A DNA stretch of 64,000 nt from positions 103,292,001-103,356,000 of the forward strand of contig NC_058368.1 in the NCBI RefSeq assembly GCF_018350175.1. Direction: 5' to 3'. The stretch comes from Felis catus. Lineage: Eukaryota. Both the position numbers and the translations under genes were made by a program. Shown piece by piece: positions 51,773 to 63,526 of the stretch. Numbering within the stretch: position 1 is the first letter of the stretch; every line of letters begins with the position of its first letter. The notes under the pieces were generated by a model. The model made no database searches and was not told the DNA's origin. It was given only the letters and a program-made list of their open reading frames with translations.

Positions 51773-53445
51773 CAGACTGTGAATCTTTTCAGGAGCAGAA
51801 GCATCCTACCAGGACTGAGGCTGAGACCACACTGTGCCTGTTGACACGCTGGGCACGTTGCCCGCATCCATTCCATAAATGTTCTCTTGGCCCCCTTCCT
51901 CACAAGCGGAATGCTGGGAAGTGACAGGTGCATGAGTAGACCAGGCTGGCTCAGTGTCTGACTGTTTGAACGGCTGGGACTTTCTGTCTGACAGGATTTA
52001 CCCAGTCATGATGGATGGTGGCTGGAGCACAGGAAAGAGAAAGGGAAGTGGGAAAGGAAACTAACTGTATTACACCATGGGGGTCTGTAAAATGCCCACC
52101 TNNNNNNNNNNNNNNNNNNNNNNNNNNNNNNNNNNNNNNNNNNNNNNNNNNNNNNNNNNNNNNNNNNNNNNNNNNNNNNNNNNNNNNNNNNNNNNNNNNN
52201 NNNNNNNNNNNNNNNNNNNNNNNNNNNNNNNNNNNNNNNNNNNNNNNNNNNNNNNNNNNNNNNNNNNNNNNNNNNNNNNNNNNNNNNNNNNNNNNNNNNN
52301 NNNNNNNNNNNNNNNNNNNNNNNNNNNNNNNNNNNNNNNNNNNNNNNNNNNNNNNNNNNNNAAACAGTGTACAGATGACTCTATCTGTCTTTAGCGATTT
52401 GTAACCCTGAAAGAGAGTTCGTACACGGAGAGAATGATGTAGGATAGTGATATCTGCTCCCACCCCTTCTAACCCCTATCTTGAATATATCCCTTAAAGG
52501 TCAGACATTTCAAATATCATGTTTTGTCAGACTGTGATGGTTTCTTATTAAAAATAAATAGATAAACTACCTAAGGTAGATGTGCTTGGTTTTAAATAAT
52601 TTGTGCTGATATTTTATATATATACTTGGTTCATTTTAATTTCAGTTAAAAATTAACCCTTAGATTTTTTATCCCTTCTTTCAAGTACAATTTCTGTAAT
52701 AGTAACATTTATGAATGAAACATATTTTACCCAAATAATTCATAAGTACATAAACCCCACTGGTTTACCTCTTACGAACCCATACGGCAATACCAACTTT
52801 CCTTCCGCTAGTAAAAAGCAAGATGAATAAAAATGATCTAAAGCCATGTCTCTGATGTGAGTATTACTCTTGTCTCATTTAATCTTTACTTAGAAAAATA
52901 AACTAAATGGTTCATTGGTGTCATGGCTTGTTTATTAGCTTACTTCTGGTTGTCACTGAAGAAGATAACACTAATATCTACATCTTGCCAATGGGACTAA
53001 GACCTTGGATACTAATCTGTAACATATATAGAAGAATTCTCAAAGATTCAGAAACTCAGGAACAATAATTCATGGGACATATAAATAACTGTGTGAGCTC
53101 ATTTATTCTTTTAAAGAAATCTGAGCTGGGGATAAAAACGAATGCATTAAAATCCTGATAATAGGAATCTCAAAGAAAGTTTCTCTCTTTTGACAAAATA
53201 TGTTAACTGAACATAAACTATAAAACATCATTTAAATATACAAATTACAAAATCTGCTGTCAAAGTGTATTTTACACACACCAAAAATATTAATACTAAA
53301 AGGTAGCAACTGTATCAAAAAAATTTCAGCTTGAGTCTATTTAGTAATTTTACTACTCTAAAAACAACTTTTGAAACTTCCTGGAACTTCTTAAGAGTTT
53401 GTAATATTTCCTTCAAAACATTATGGACATATCCAAAAGCCATTT

Positions 53446-53685
53446 TTTCGTGAGTTTCAGTACTGCCTCGGCCTCTGTGCTCAGAGTCTAGAGTCTAGAC
53501 TCCAGACTCTGTGCAGCTCAGAGTGTAGATTTTAGACTCTAGACTCTGTGCCGCTCAGAGTCTAGAGTCTGCTTTGGATTCTGTGTCTCCCTCTCTCTCT
53601 GCCCCCTCTCTCCCTCACACTCTGTCTCTCTCTCCTCTCGCTCGCTCTCTCTCAAAAATAAACATGAAAAAATTTAAAAAAATAA
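53446..53685 (+). mobile_element. 5'-truncated CAN-SINE with an internal fold-back expansion
   Basis: ttcgtgagttt...ctttggattctgtgtctccc(ct)n...caaaaataaacatgaaaaaa; alternating inverted 18-mers at 53479-53570. Confidence 0.9.
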
Positions 53686-54034
53686 TCTGTGTTCACATGA
53701 TTCCAAAAGTTATTTTCATCATTTATTAAAATTGCAAACTGTGTAATAACTTTTAAATAATCATTACTTGTCCTATTTGTATGACATGCACATGAGTTTT
53801 CATGGTAACAAATATATACAGTTAGGTCTCTATGATTCATGCTAATACGAGATTATAAGTGGATAATTATTTAATTCAATAGGTCACATAATCTTAAAAC
53901 TATAAATGTTAGATTATTTTCCCAAGCTACTTAAAAATTTACTACCATAAAAGTCTACCATAGCAATTTACTATGAACCAAATGGTGGGATTAACAGTAT
54001 GTTTTCTTTACTGTAAATACTTCTAATAAAAGTT

Positions 54035-54235
54035 GACTAACATTTAGTGATTATGTACTGTTGTGTCCAGCACAAGAGAAAGGTTTTCATCTCATTATCA
54101 TATTTACTTCTCATACTACACAATCATTGCCTTCATTTTACAGGAGAGAAAAGCAAGGCTTAAAGAGATTAAGAAACTTGCCCAAGGATTTAGGAGACTG
54201 TTTAACAACCATAAAGGCCTTTATCCTCACTGTAC
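54035..54235 (-). mobile_element. MIR
   Basis: ctaacatttagtga...cattttacaggagagaaaagcaaggctt...agattaagaaacttgcccaagg. Confidence 0.8.
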
Positions 54236-54713
54236 AACTGACCGTTCTCTGTTTCTCATGGGAAACAAATGAAATCAATGCATTGTGACTGGTCTTCTCT
54301 TCTAAAGAAAGTCACACAAAGATCTGCATCTTCCTTAGAAGAGTGAACATTTTCATTTTCATGATTGTGAGTGGAACTTCTAAACCTTACAATTTTTTAC
54401 AGAGGAAAAAAATCTCTGTTCAAAAAAGGTGAAGGTTTGTAGTTTAAGATTTTTACTAAAAATGAGAGTGACTTATCTACTAGACCTGCCTCAAATGAGG
54501 AAAAAGGAGTAATTTGTTGGCATTACTGACATTCAATTCTGTCCCAGGCAAGGTTACAAAAGGGCCAGCATACCCTCTACCTTGAAAGCAAGTGACCTTC
54601 CACAGGCAATATTCTGCATGTCCCCAACCCCTAAAAGGCTGGTGACACGTATACAATTTAAATGACTTCTCATGAGTACGGAGCTGAACCTAGAGCAGAA
54701 ATTCTAGAATGTT

Positions 54714-54950
54714 GTGGCACCTGTGAGGCTCAGTAGGTTAAGCATCTGACTTCGGCTCAGGTCATGATCTCATGGTTCAGGAGTTCGAGTCCTGCAACAG
54801 GCTCTGTGCTGACAGCTCAGAACTTGGAGCCTGCTTTGGATTTGTGTCTCCCTTGCTCTCTGTCCCTCCCCCACTCACTTGCACACATGTGCTCTCTCTC
54901 TCTCTCTCAAAAATAAACATTACAAAAATTATATATATATATATATATAA
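54714..54950 (+). mobile_element. CAN-SINE with an (AT)n tail
   Basis: ggcacctgtgaggctcagtaggttaagc...gctcaggtcatgatctc...caaaaataaacatt. Confidence 0.95.
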
Positions 54951-55199
54951 AAGGAAAAACCTGAATCTTGAATCTTGTAGTGTTTTGGTGGGGGGGGAGG
55001 GGATGGCAAATAAAGTCTTGGTATTCAAAAAATGTCTAACTTTTTTGCTCATTTAAAGGAAAGGAAGTTCAATCTTGCCTCCCAAATGGAATCATTTCCA
55101 CCTTTGTCCAGAACCTAAAAATCCAAGCTCATCAACAAGTTGAAGGGCATACCTGGAGGTGAACTTGTAGAATCTGACTCCAGGCTGACATTCTCCATG

Positions 55200-55600
55200 C
55201 CTGTGCTCCCATAACTTTTCTCTGACAGTACAGTGAGATAGCCATTATTGTTTCCATTTCTGAGTAACAGGTGACATTTAGAAACATCAAATAACTGGCT
55301 GTTTTTACCCACTTATTAAATGAGGATACATGGATTCCAGCCCAGCTTTTCAGAGTCCAATCTACCACAGAGTCTCTGGTTAGCCATCTGGTAATAGAGA
55401 ATTGACACTTCTTTGGTTTTTATTATGTATCAAGCTCTGTGCTGTATGTTTTACATAGGTTATTGGTACCTGTTTAAAACGAACAAATAAACCTTGGGAA
55501 TTATTATAAATCCATTTTACACAAAAGGAAACTGAAAATCAAACAAGAAATTTTTCAAGGTCACCCAAATAAAGTCATGAGGCCACAGTACAAAAACAAT
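55200..55600 (-). mobile_element. Two MIR fragments
   Basis: cattattgtttccattt...ggattccagcccag and tccattttacacaaaaggaaactga...caaggtcaccc. Confidence 0.65.
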
Positions 55601-55841
55601 ACAGAAGATAACATTGAGCATTGTCTGCTTACCCAAAATCTCAGCTTTGCTCTACAACTCACCACAGCTCCTGGCATATACTTGCAAAATGAAAAACAAA
55701 ACAAAACAAAATTTATACAAAAATGAAAGGCTAATATAAGAGTAAAGGCCCACAACAATAAAACGTTCAAGACTAAGGAAGTAAAAATTTTTTTTAAAAA
55801 ATTGTAAAGATCTACAGGATTTTCAAGAATAATAAAATTCT

Positions 55842-56068
55842 GGGGCGCCTGGGTGGCGCAGTCGGTTAAGCGTCTGACTTCAGCTCAGGTCACGATCTCG
55901 CGGTCCGTGAGTTCGAGCCCCGCGTCAGGCTCTGGGCTGACGGCTCAGAGCCTGGAGCCTGTTTCCGATTCTGTGTCTCCCTCTCTCTCTGCCCCTCCCC
56001 CGTTCATGCTCTGTCTCTCTCTGTCCCAAAAATAAATAAACGTTGAAAAAAAAATTAAAAAAAAAAAG
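55842..56068 (+). mobile_element. Young SINEC_Fc
   Basis: CpG-intact near-consensus body. TSD aataaaattc at 55831-55840 and 56069-56078. Confidence 0.98.
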
Positions 56069-56371
56069 AATAAAATTCAAGGAAATGTAACAGTATCCCA
56101 AACAATGGATAAAATTATGACCACTTGGATATGTCCCTTGGAAAATTTCAGTCAGGCAAAACAACTTGAGTTTGGAAATTAATTTCATCTACATTTTAGT
56201 GCCTTGCTCTGAAAGGAAAGTCAATAAGCAGAATATTATTCTGGGCTATTACACACACAGATACCAAGTAAATGTGCACTCAAATTCATGTATACATTCC
56301 GCTATATTTTGTTTACTATTTACATGAAACATCTAAATTTATATGATCAGTGAATAATCGAAGAGTGCATA

Positions 56372-56600
56372 TTGTGGCAGAGATATTTGCTGCTCGCCAA
56401 ATATCCATGAGCTCTTTAAGATTCCCTAGATCTCAAGCAGTATGTGCACTCATGTGACTAGATTCAGCCAAAGAACTCTGAACAGAATGGATGGGCGCCA
56501 CTTGTAAGTCAAAGCATGGAAGAGAAGGTACGATTTCTTCATGTACTCTCTTTTCCTGCCACAGCCACTGGTAATGTTCCAGATGACAGACTTTTAGTCA
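56372..56600 (+). mobile_element. Old MaLR LTR fragment (MLT1I/J-like)
   Basis: tgtggcagaga...catgtgactagattcagccaaag...ctctcttttcctgccacagccactgg. Confidence 0.65.
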
Positions 56601-56633
56601 AAGCCTGAAAAATTAGTTTGGACTTAGATTCTA

Positions 56634-56919
56634 TTTTTTTTTAAATGTTTATTTGTTTACTTTGAGAGAGAGAGAAAGCATGAGCCAGGGAAGGACAGAG
56701 GGAGGGAGAGGGTGAGGGTTCGGGAGAGGGAGAGGGAGGGAGGGAGGGAGGGAGGGAGAGAGGGAGGGAGAGAGATAGAGAGAGAGAGAGAATCCCAAAC
56801 AGACTCCATGCTATCAGCACTGAGACTGACATGGGGCTCTGTCTCACAAACCATGAGATCAGGACCTGAGCCAAAGTCAAGAGTTGGACGCTTAACAGAA
56901 TGAGCCACCCAGGCATCCC
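56634..56919 (-). mobile_element. CAN-SINE with an expanded (GGGA)n/(GA)n linker
   Basis: TSD gacttagattcta at 56621-56633 and 56922-56934. Confidence 0.95.
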
Positions 56920-57579
56920 TTGACTTAGATTCTAATAGAAAATGCAAGCTCCGCTGAAAAGCACGAAGTTCTTCATACTATTTTTCCATATCCTTGAAGT
57001 GCCTCATTGACTATATAAGGTAATTCCATCCAGGTAGTCATTTTCACCAGTAGTTTTCTGTCAGAATTAACTACTTAAAAAGAGAGATGCTTAGGCTGAC
57101 TTGAGATCTGGTGAATTGGTAAGGCCATGATTTCGGACTCATGGAGAAGGAAAGATAATCCTAGCATACCACTTGGCCATTCCATGAACAAAATTTACAT
57201 AGTTATAATAATGTAAAAACTATCTGTTTTTTCCCTTTTTAGAATATATAGCCAAGACATATGGAGACATGATTACAGATGACCATGTGAATGCTGTCAA
57301 CTTTGAAAATGTAGAAGATAGATATCTTAAGTAGAGACAGGAGGTAAAAGGGAAGGTAATATACTCATGTTACAGTGTGGAGAGTAAATAAATAAGTAAT
57401 GCCTGAATTTGTACATCAAGAGGCAGAGTAGACTGTACATAAAGATACAAATGGGACCAACAAAACATGTACCCATCACAGTAGGGTAAGTGGAGACATA
57501 GAGAACTTTAAGTCAGGTTGAAATTCTCCCATTCCATTTTGGAAAGTCATTTTATTTTTTAACTAAGAAATTGCAGTTT

Positions 57580-57848
57580 GGGGCTCCTGGGTGGCTTAGT
57601 TGGTTAAGCGTTTGGCTTCGGCTCAGGTCATGATCTCACGGTTCGTGGGTTGGAGCCGGTTGAGTGTCTGGCTTCAGCTCAGGTCATGATCTCATGGTTC
57701 GTGAGTTCAAGCCCCATGTCAGGCTCTGTGCTAACAGCTCAGAGCCTGGAGCCTGCTTTGGATTGTGTGTCTCCTTCCCTCTCTGCCTCCCTCCGCTCAT
57801 GCCCTCTTTCTCAAAAATAAATGAACATTAAAAAATTAAAAAAAAAAA
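57580..57848 (+). mobile_element. CAN-SINE with a 56-bp tandem duplication in the tRNA-derived head
   Basis: 57602-57657 is repeated at 57658-57713. Confidence 0.95.
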
Positions 57849-58399
57849 CTTAAGTTGCATCTTGCATTTCATTTGAAATTCTGGAAGTAACCTGAAGCAC
57901 TAAGTAGAGAAGTGGTTTAGATTACTGATGGGAAAGAGACATGAGCTGAGGAATGACAAGACAGGGATTGTTATTTTTCATTCATGGTCCTTTCATATAA
58001 TTTGGGATTTTCCACATATAGCAAGTATATTTTGATTAAACGACAAACAAAATTACAAATATAAACGCTACCATGTATGCTTCACATCTCAACAGGAGAA
58101 TGAATCAGACACTGTGCAACAGATATGAGGAAATTAAACAGTTTTTCACGGGCTACCTCTGTGAGCGAGGTCCCCAGAGCTGTGAGAATGTAGCCCAGAC
58201 AAGGTGATGCCAATAGTTAGAGAAACAGCAAAGACTATATAGTTCCTTAACTTCCCAAATCGTCCTCTTATTACACACAAATACACTTAAATCTCACAAA
58301 TTCTTGGTTGTACGTGGTAAGGAAGAAAACTACATTATTCAAAATTGCATAATTGCCTTGGTTTGGGCTCCCCAGGGTACAGAGCCTGAAACAGCTTAT

Positions 58400-58700
58400 C
58401 CGGGAAGCAGGATTGTCAGGGGGTGGATGGGGGCGGGTACAGAAAGGAGGAAAGGCTGCCACTAACATACACTACTGAGACAGCCCTGGCGGACGACAAG
58501 GGCTCAGTTCCAGCAGATCTTCCCAGGAAGTGAACCAAACGCTTTCCAGAATGGTCGGCCTCAAATTCAGGGAGCTGCAGAATTTGTCCCCAGATGACCT
58601 TTCTGTTGATTGAGGGATGTCGTGAGGCACTAACTTCCTCGCACCTCAGGGATGAGCTTGCACACCCAGGGCTGTGGCCTGCATGCTCAGGTAACTACAG
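58400..58700 (+). promoter_or_regulatory. Candidate promoter/enhancer (GC box, ETS/STAT-type composite, downstream donor)
   Basis: gggggcggg (58429-58437), ttcccaggaagtg (58520-58532), CAG|gtaact at 58691. Motif evidence only. Confidence 0.3.
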
Positions 58701-59999
58701 AGAAAACCCTAGGTCAGAAATCATGAGGACAGATGCTGAATGTTTGGTGGGACTTTGTCAGGGCACTGAAGGGTCCACCGTAGCTCTGGCTGAAATGAGA
58801 GGTTCAAGAGGGGATGTAATATGACATAGGGTAACAGAGGCATCTACTAAAGCACCGTAGTAAATAAAAGCACTTGCCTTTGGCATGATTTAGAATGATT
58901 TATAGCCAATTCTGCCACATCTCTATTCCAGAATACATGTCACAAAATAAATTGTCAGACATTTAAGTTGCTCTTATATTTAAGTAGTCCATTATAAAAA
59001 GGGGGTGGCATCACTTTTATGTTTGTCTACTAGTAATTGGAAATCTCTTGAGATATTACTTTTCTATGTATATTGTGAACTGAATTTCCCTTGCATGCCC
59101 ATTACAGACATATGGCTATCCTGAAGATAAGCGCACAAATTTCACAAGCTCATATTTCTTTTGTGACACTCTACTCTTCCCACAGGCTATGTTAGTCTAG
59201 TAATAAAGCAAATAGTGCTTTACTAAATGTTATTCACACTGATTATGTAGTTATCCACTAACTGGCCTTTGACACACATTCTCATACCTTTTATACTCAT
59301 TGCGTAGAATGTCATACACACACACATCACATATTTTATGGGCCAGTTTAATATGCTCACATAAGTGGATGTTCATATGGAAGTTACACCTATCTACAAA
59401 CAGACCGTAAAGCTATACTGCACTCATACAGGGTGTTGTTTTAAGCTTTTAGGAATTTTTTGTGTGTGTGAAGTCTGGGAGTGAATATGTTCTTCTTTAC
59501 TAGAAATAAATTCCTATTATAGAAAATACAATTTCAAAGAATATTTCTATATTTAAAAAAAGTACTTTCCATGTATATAGCAAGGGCAGGAGGGAGGCTA
59601 TAATTACTGTGCTTTAGAAGCGTAATTAACAAATAATGAAAGCCTGCTCTTCTGAATACACGAGACCATCAGTCATCAGAGTCTTTGCCATGATTTCTTT
59701 TTTTCCTTCCTCACTAGGGCTGACAGAAGGGCCAGGTTTGTCCAACTCAGCTTCTTTTCCTATGACCAATAGCAAAGCCAGTGTCAGACGAGCTGGACCC
59801 TAAGCTCCTTTCCAGATTTAACATTCTGTCCTTCCATCCTTTATTGATGAGGTGGTTGGCTAGAGTCAGAGTCAAAAATCTATCCGGACCAAATACAGAA
59901 AAATCAGTAGCCTATCCAGTAACTGCATTTGCTGCCTCACTAGCATCACATCACCAACAGCACAGACTTACTGGGTACAAAATGGAAACATCCAAAACT

Positions 60000-60170
60000 T
60001 ACTTTTACTTATTTTTATTTGAAGTATTGTTGACATACAATGTTATAGGAGTTCCACGTGTACAACATAGTGATCTGACGATTCTATGCACACCACAATG
60101 TTCCCCAAGGTAAGCATAGTTAACGTCCATCACCCTATGATGTTATTACAATATTATTGACTATACTCCC
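60000..60170 (-). mobile_element. L1 3' end fragment (L1MA9/L1_Carn-like)
   Basis: tttatttgaagtattgttgacatacaatgttat...gtgtacaacatagtgat...gttattacaatattattgactata. Confidence 0.85.
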
Positions 60171-60357
60171 TTGATAGGTCATTTGTTCTGCCACAGATCC
60201 ATCAAGACTCTGTATCCAGTATCATTTTGGCAAATACAAGTTTCAACCAGAGTAGTATCATATACTTATCTATCCTACTGAAATGTGATACTTTCGACTA
60301 TGAAGTTTGAGCTTTCTCAGTGTTTTAAATTATCACTTATATTTTTAAAATATTTAT

Positions 60358-60573
60358 GGGGCGCCTGGGTGGCTCAGTTGGTTGAGCGACGGACTTCGGC
60401 TCAGGTCATGATCTCACGGTGTGTGAGTTGGAGCCCCGCATCGAGCTCTGTGCTGACAGCTCAGAGCCTGGAGCCTGCTTCTGATTCTGTGTCTACCTCT
60501 CTCTCTGCCCCTCCCCCACTCATGCTCTGTCTCTCTGTCTCAGAAATAAATAAACATAAAAAAATAAAAAAAT
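60358..60573 (+). mobile_element. CAN-SINE (SINEC_Fc-type)
   Basis: TSD aaaatatttat at 60347-60357 and 60574-60584. Confidence 0.95.
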
Positions 60574-60670
60574 AAAATATTTATTAAGTACTGTGTAATG
60601 TAAATTGCCACAGATTAACTGTGGACTAATGTGAAAATTAGATAAGTAAATAAGAGAAAGAAATCTAGTG

Positions 60671-60725
<55 letters not shown>

Positions 60726-60727
60726 AA
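60671..60727. repeat. (GAAA)n tetranucleotide STR, about 14 units
   Basis: Perfect run seen directly. Confidence 0.97.
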
Positions 60728-62470
60728 ACAGACTCATCAACCAAAATTTCACTGCAAATTGCCCAAGGGCTTAGGAAATACTACAATGTCCTACTAATGT
60801 GAGAAAAGATAAAGAGAGTCAGGGAGTCAGGAAAAGAAGTGGATAAAAACCCAGGAAGGTGGACACTGAAGAGAGATTTCAGAACTACAAAAAGAAATAC
60901 TTTCTGTTTCTGTAGATTACAACGATGGGTTCATTCTAGATAAAATATGCACACTGAATGAACTACACTTTACCAAACCATCATTTCTCTGTAAAGGCTA
61001 TTATCATTAGAACTGACATATCTTACCAAAACTGACCTAGACAAATGGTACCCACATTTAAATTCAGTTTCTAGAAAGAGGACAAAGAACAGGCTAGGAG
61101 AAATGGACCAGGGAAAATTCTGCCATGTCATGGGAAATGGCCCCAAAGGGCACTATGATCTCCCAGAAACGGGCAATGTTTCATGTGGCCTTGGGGTTTC
61201 ATCTGTCACTTCAGAGAACACACGTCACCAGTCTCTGCTGGGCAATCACTCACCCGGACCCCATGGCCAGAACTGCCAGAAGCACAGCGAGGGGGTGTGC
61301 TGCCCACCTACCCCTGCTGCATCATGCGTAGGACAACATGGCCGCCGTTTGAGGCATCCACGCAGCCGCATACTCTTTACAAGTACTTTCCTACTTGCAG
61401 TCAGTGACTATAAACTTAATGATAGCACCTGCTGCCCTCGCGCTTAGTTAATTCAGAGTGATCTGCCTGAACAACAATAACAACAACAACAATAAAATCA
61501 GAAAAGCCTCTGTTCTTCAGTAATAAATTATCAGTCTTTACTTTGGCCTGAAGGGTCTTTGATTCATGTCATATTACACTTACACTAAGCACTGATGACA
61601 GTGGACACATTTAGTTTCTCTAAGTAGTGTTGGGGCTGGGGAAAAGGAAATGGCTACTAAGGTTAAATAAAATGAGAAGATCAATCGTCTGCCTGAATAT
61701 TGACAGCTGGGGAACTAGTCATCCTTGACCTCACACTGGAGGTATTTATTCACTGAGGAGTAAAAGCACGAGCTAATAATATTTTCGCAAGAGTTACTGG
61801 CAGAGTGAAAAAAAGGAAAAAAAAATAAAACATCAGTTATTTTTAAAAAATAATTTAAAGAAATACAATAGAGCATAGGTAGTCTTTTCAACAAATTGTG
61901 CCGAAACAAGTGGACATCCACAAGCAAAAAAATGAACCTAGGTATAGACCTTACATCCTTCACAAAGATGAACTCAAAGTGCATCACAGATTGAAATGTA
62001 CTACGGAAAACCATAAAATTACCAGATGAAAACACACGAGAAAATCGAGATAACCTTGGGTTTAGCAATGATTTTTTACGTAAAACACTAAAAGCAAATT
62101 CCATGAAAAAATAACTGATAAGTGGAACTTAATGAAAATGAAAACTGTGGCTCCAAATTTTCTGACGCTGTCAAGAAAATGAAAAGACAAATGCCAGAGT
62201 AGGAGAAAATACTTTCAAGAGACGCTTGTAATAAACGGTACCTATCCAAAAAAACACAACTCATAAAGCTCAACAATAAGAAAGCAAACAACCCGATTAA
62301 AGAATGGGTCAAAGACTTTTAACAGNNNNNNNNNNNNNNNNNNNNNNNNNNNNNNNNNNNNNNNNNNNNNNNNNNNNNNNNNNNNNNNNNNNNNNNNNNN
62401 NNNNNNNNNNNNNNNNNNNNNNNNNNNNNNNNNNNNNNNNNNNNNNNNNNNNNNNNNNNNNNNNNNNNNN

Positions 62471-63244
62471 CACTACTAGGCATTTATCCACGGGCTACAG
62501 GTGTGCTGTTTTGAAGGGACATATGCACCCCCATGTTTATAGGAGCACTATCAACAATAGTATGGACAGAGCCCAAATGTCCACAGATGGATGAATAGAT
62601 AAAGAAGATGTATATGTATATATAATGGACTATTATTCAGCAATCAAAAAGAATGAAATCTTGCCATATGCAGCTATGTGGATGGAACTGGAGGGTATAA
62701 TGCTAAGTAAAATTAGTCAGAGAAAGACAAAAATCATATGACTTCACTCATATGAATACTTTAAGAGACAAAACATATGAACAGGGGCACCTGGGTGGCT
62801 CAGTTGGTTAAGTGTCCAACTTTGGCTCAGGTCATGATCTCATGGTTCACAAGTTCAAGCCCCCATGTCGGGCTTTGTGCTCACAGCTCAGAGCCTGGAC
62901 CCTGCTTCAGTTTCTGTGTCTCCCTCTTTCCTGCCCCTCCCCTACTCACAGTCTATCTCTCTTTCAAAAGTAAATAAACATTAAAAAAAGATTAAAAAAA
63001 ACAAAACAGATGAACATAAGGGAAGGGAAACAAAAATAATGTAAAAACAGGGAGGGGGTCAAAACAGAAGAGACTCATAAATATGGAGAACAAACTGAGG
63101 GATGCTGGAGGGGTTGTAGGAGGGGAGATGGGCTAAATGGGTAAGAGGCATTGAGGAATCTACTCCTGAAATCATTGTTTCACTATATGCTAACTAATTT
63201 GGATGTAAATTTTTAAAAATTTTTAAAATAAAATTAAAAAAAAA
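62471..63244 (+). mobile_element. Younger felid/carnivore L1 3' fragment nested in the old L1
   Basis: cactactaggcatttatcca...ctactcctgaaatcattgtttcactatatgctaactaatttggatgtaaa plus A-tail; the 5' junction lies in gap 62326-62470. Confidence 0.85.
62784..63000 (+). mobile_element. CAN-SINE in the younger L1 3'UTR
   Basis: TSD acaaaaca(t/g)atgaaca at 62768-62783 and 63001-63016. Confidence 0.95.
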
Positions 63245-63299
63245 CGATGTTTCATGACATGTGTCATCAGGGAAGTGCAAATTAAAACAATGAGATACT

Positions 63300-63526
63300 G
63301 GGGCACCTGGGTGACTCAGTCAGTTAAGCATCTGACTTTGGCTCAGGTCATGATCTCATGGTCTATGAGTAGAAACCCTGTGTCGGGCTCTGTGCTGAGC
63401 CTGCTTCGGATTCTGTGCGTCTCCCTCTCCTTCTGCCCCTCCCTCGCTTGTGCTATGTTTCTCTCTCTCTGTCTCTCAGTCTCTCTCTTAAAAATTAACA
63501 TTAGAAAAAAAGTAAAATAAAAACAA
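63300..63526 (+). mobile_element. CAN-SINE in the old L1
   Basis: TSD aaaacaatgagatac at 63284-63298 and 63527-63541. Confidence 0.95.

Noticed and set aside
43828-56035. Recurring MAQSVKR..SAQVTISR.. 60-aa ORFs that look like a gene family
   Set aside because: Incidental reading frames of CAN-SINEs.
57243-57332. Strong acceptor followed by YIAKTYGDMITDDHVNAVNFENVEDRYLK*
   Set aside because: The flanking sequence resembles a decayed L1ME/HAL1 3' region and there is no supporting gene context; probably a chance acceptor.
23908-63526. tRNA-like A/B-box heads
   Set aside because: These are tRNA-derived CAN-SINE 5' ends followed by (CT)n and A-tails, not tRNA genes.
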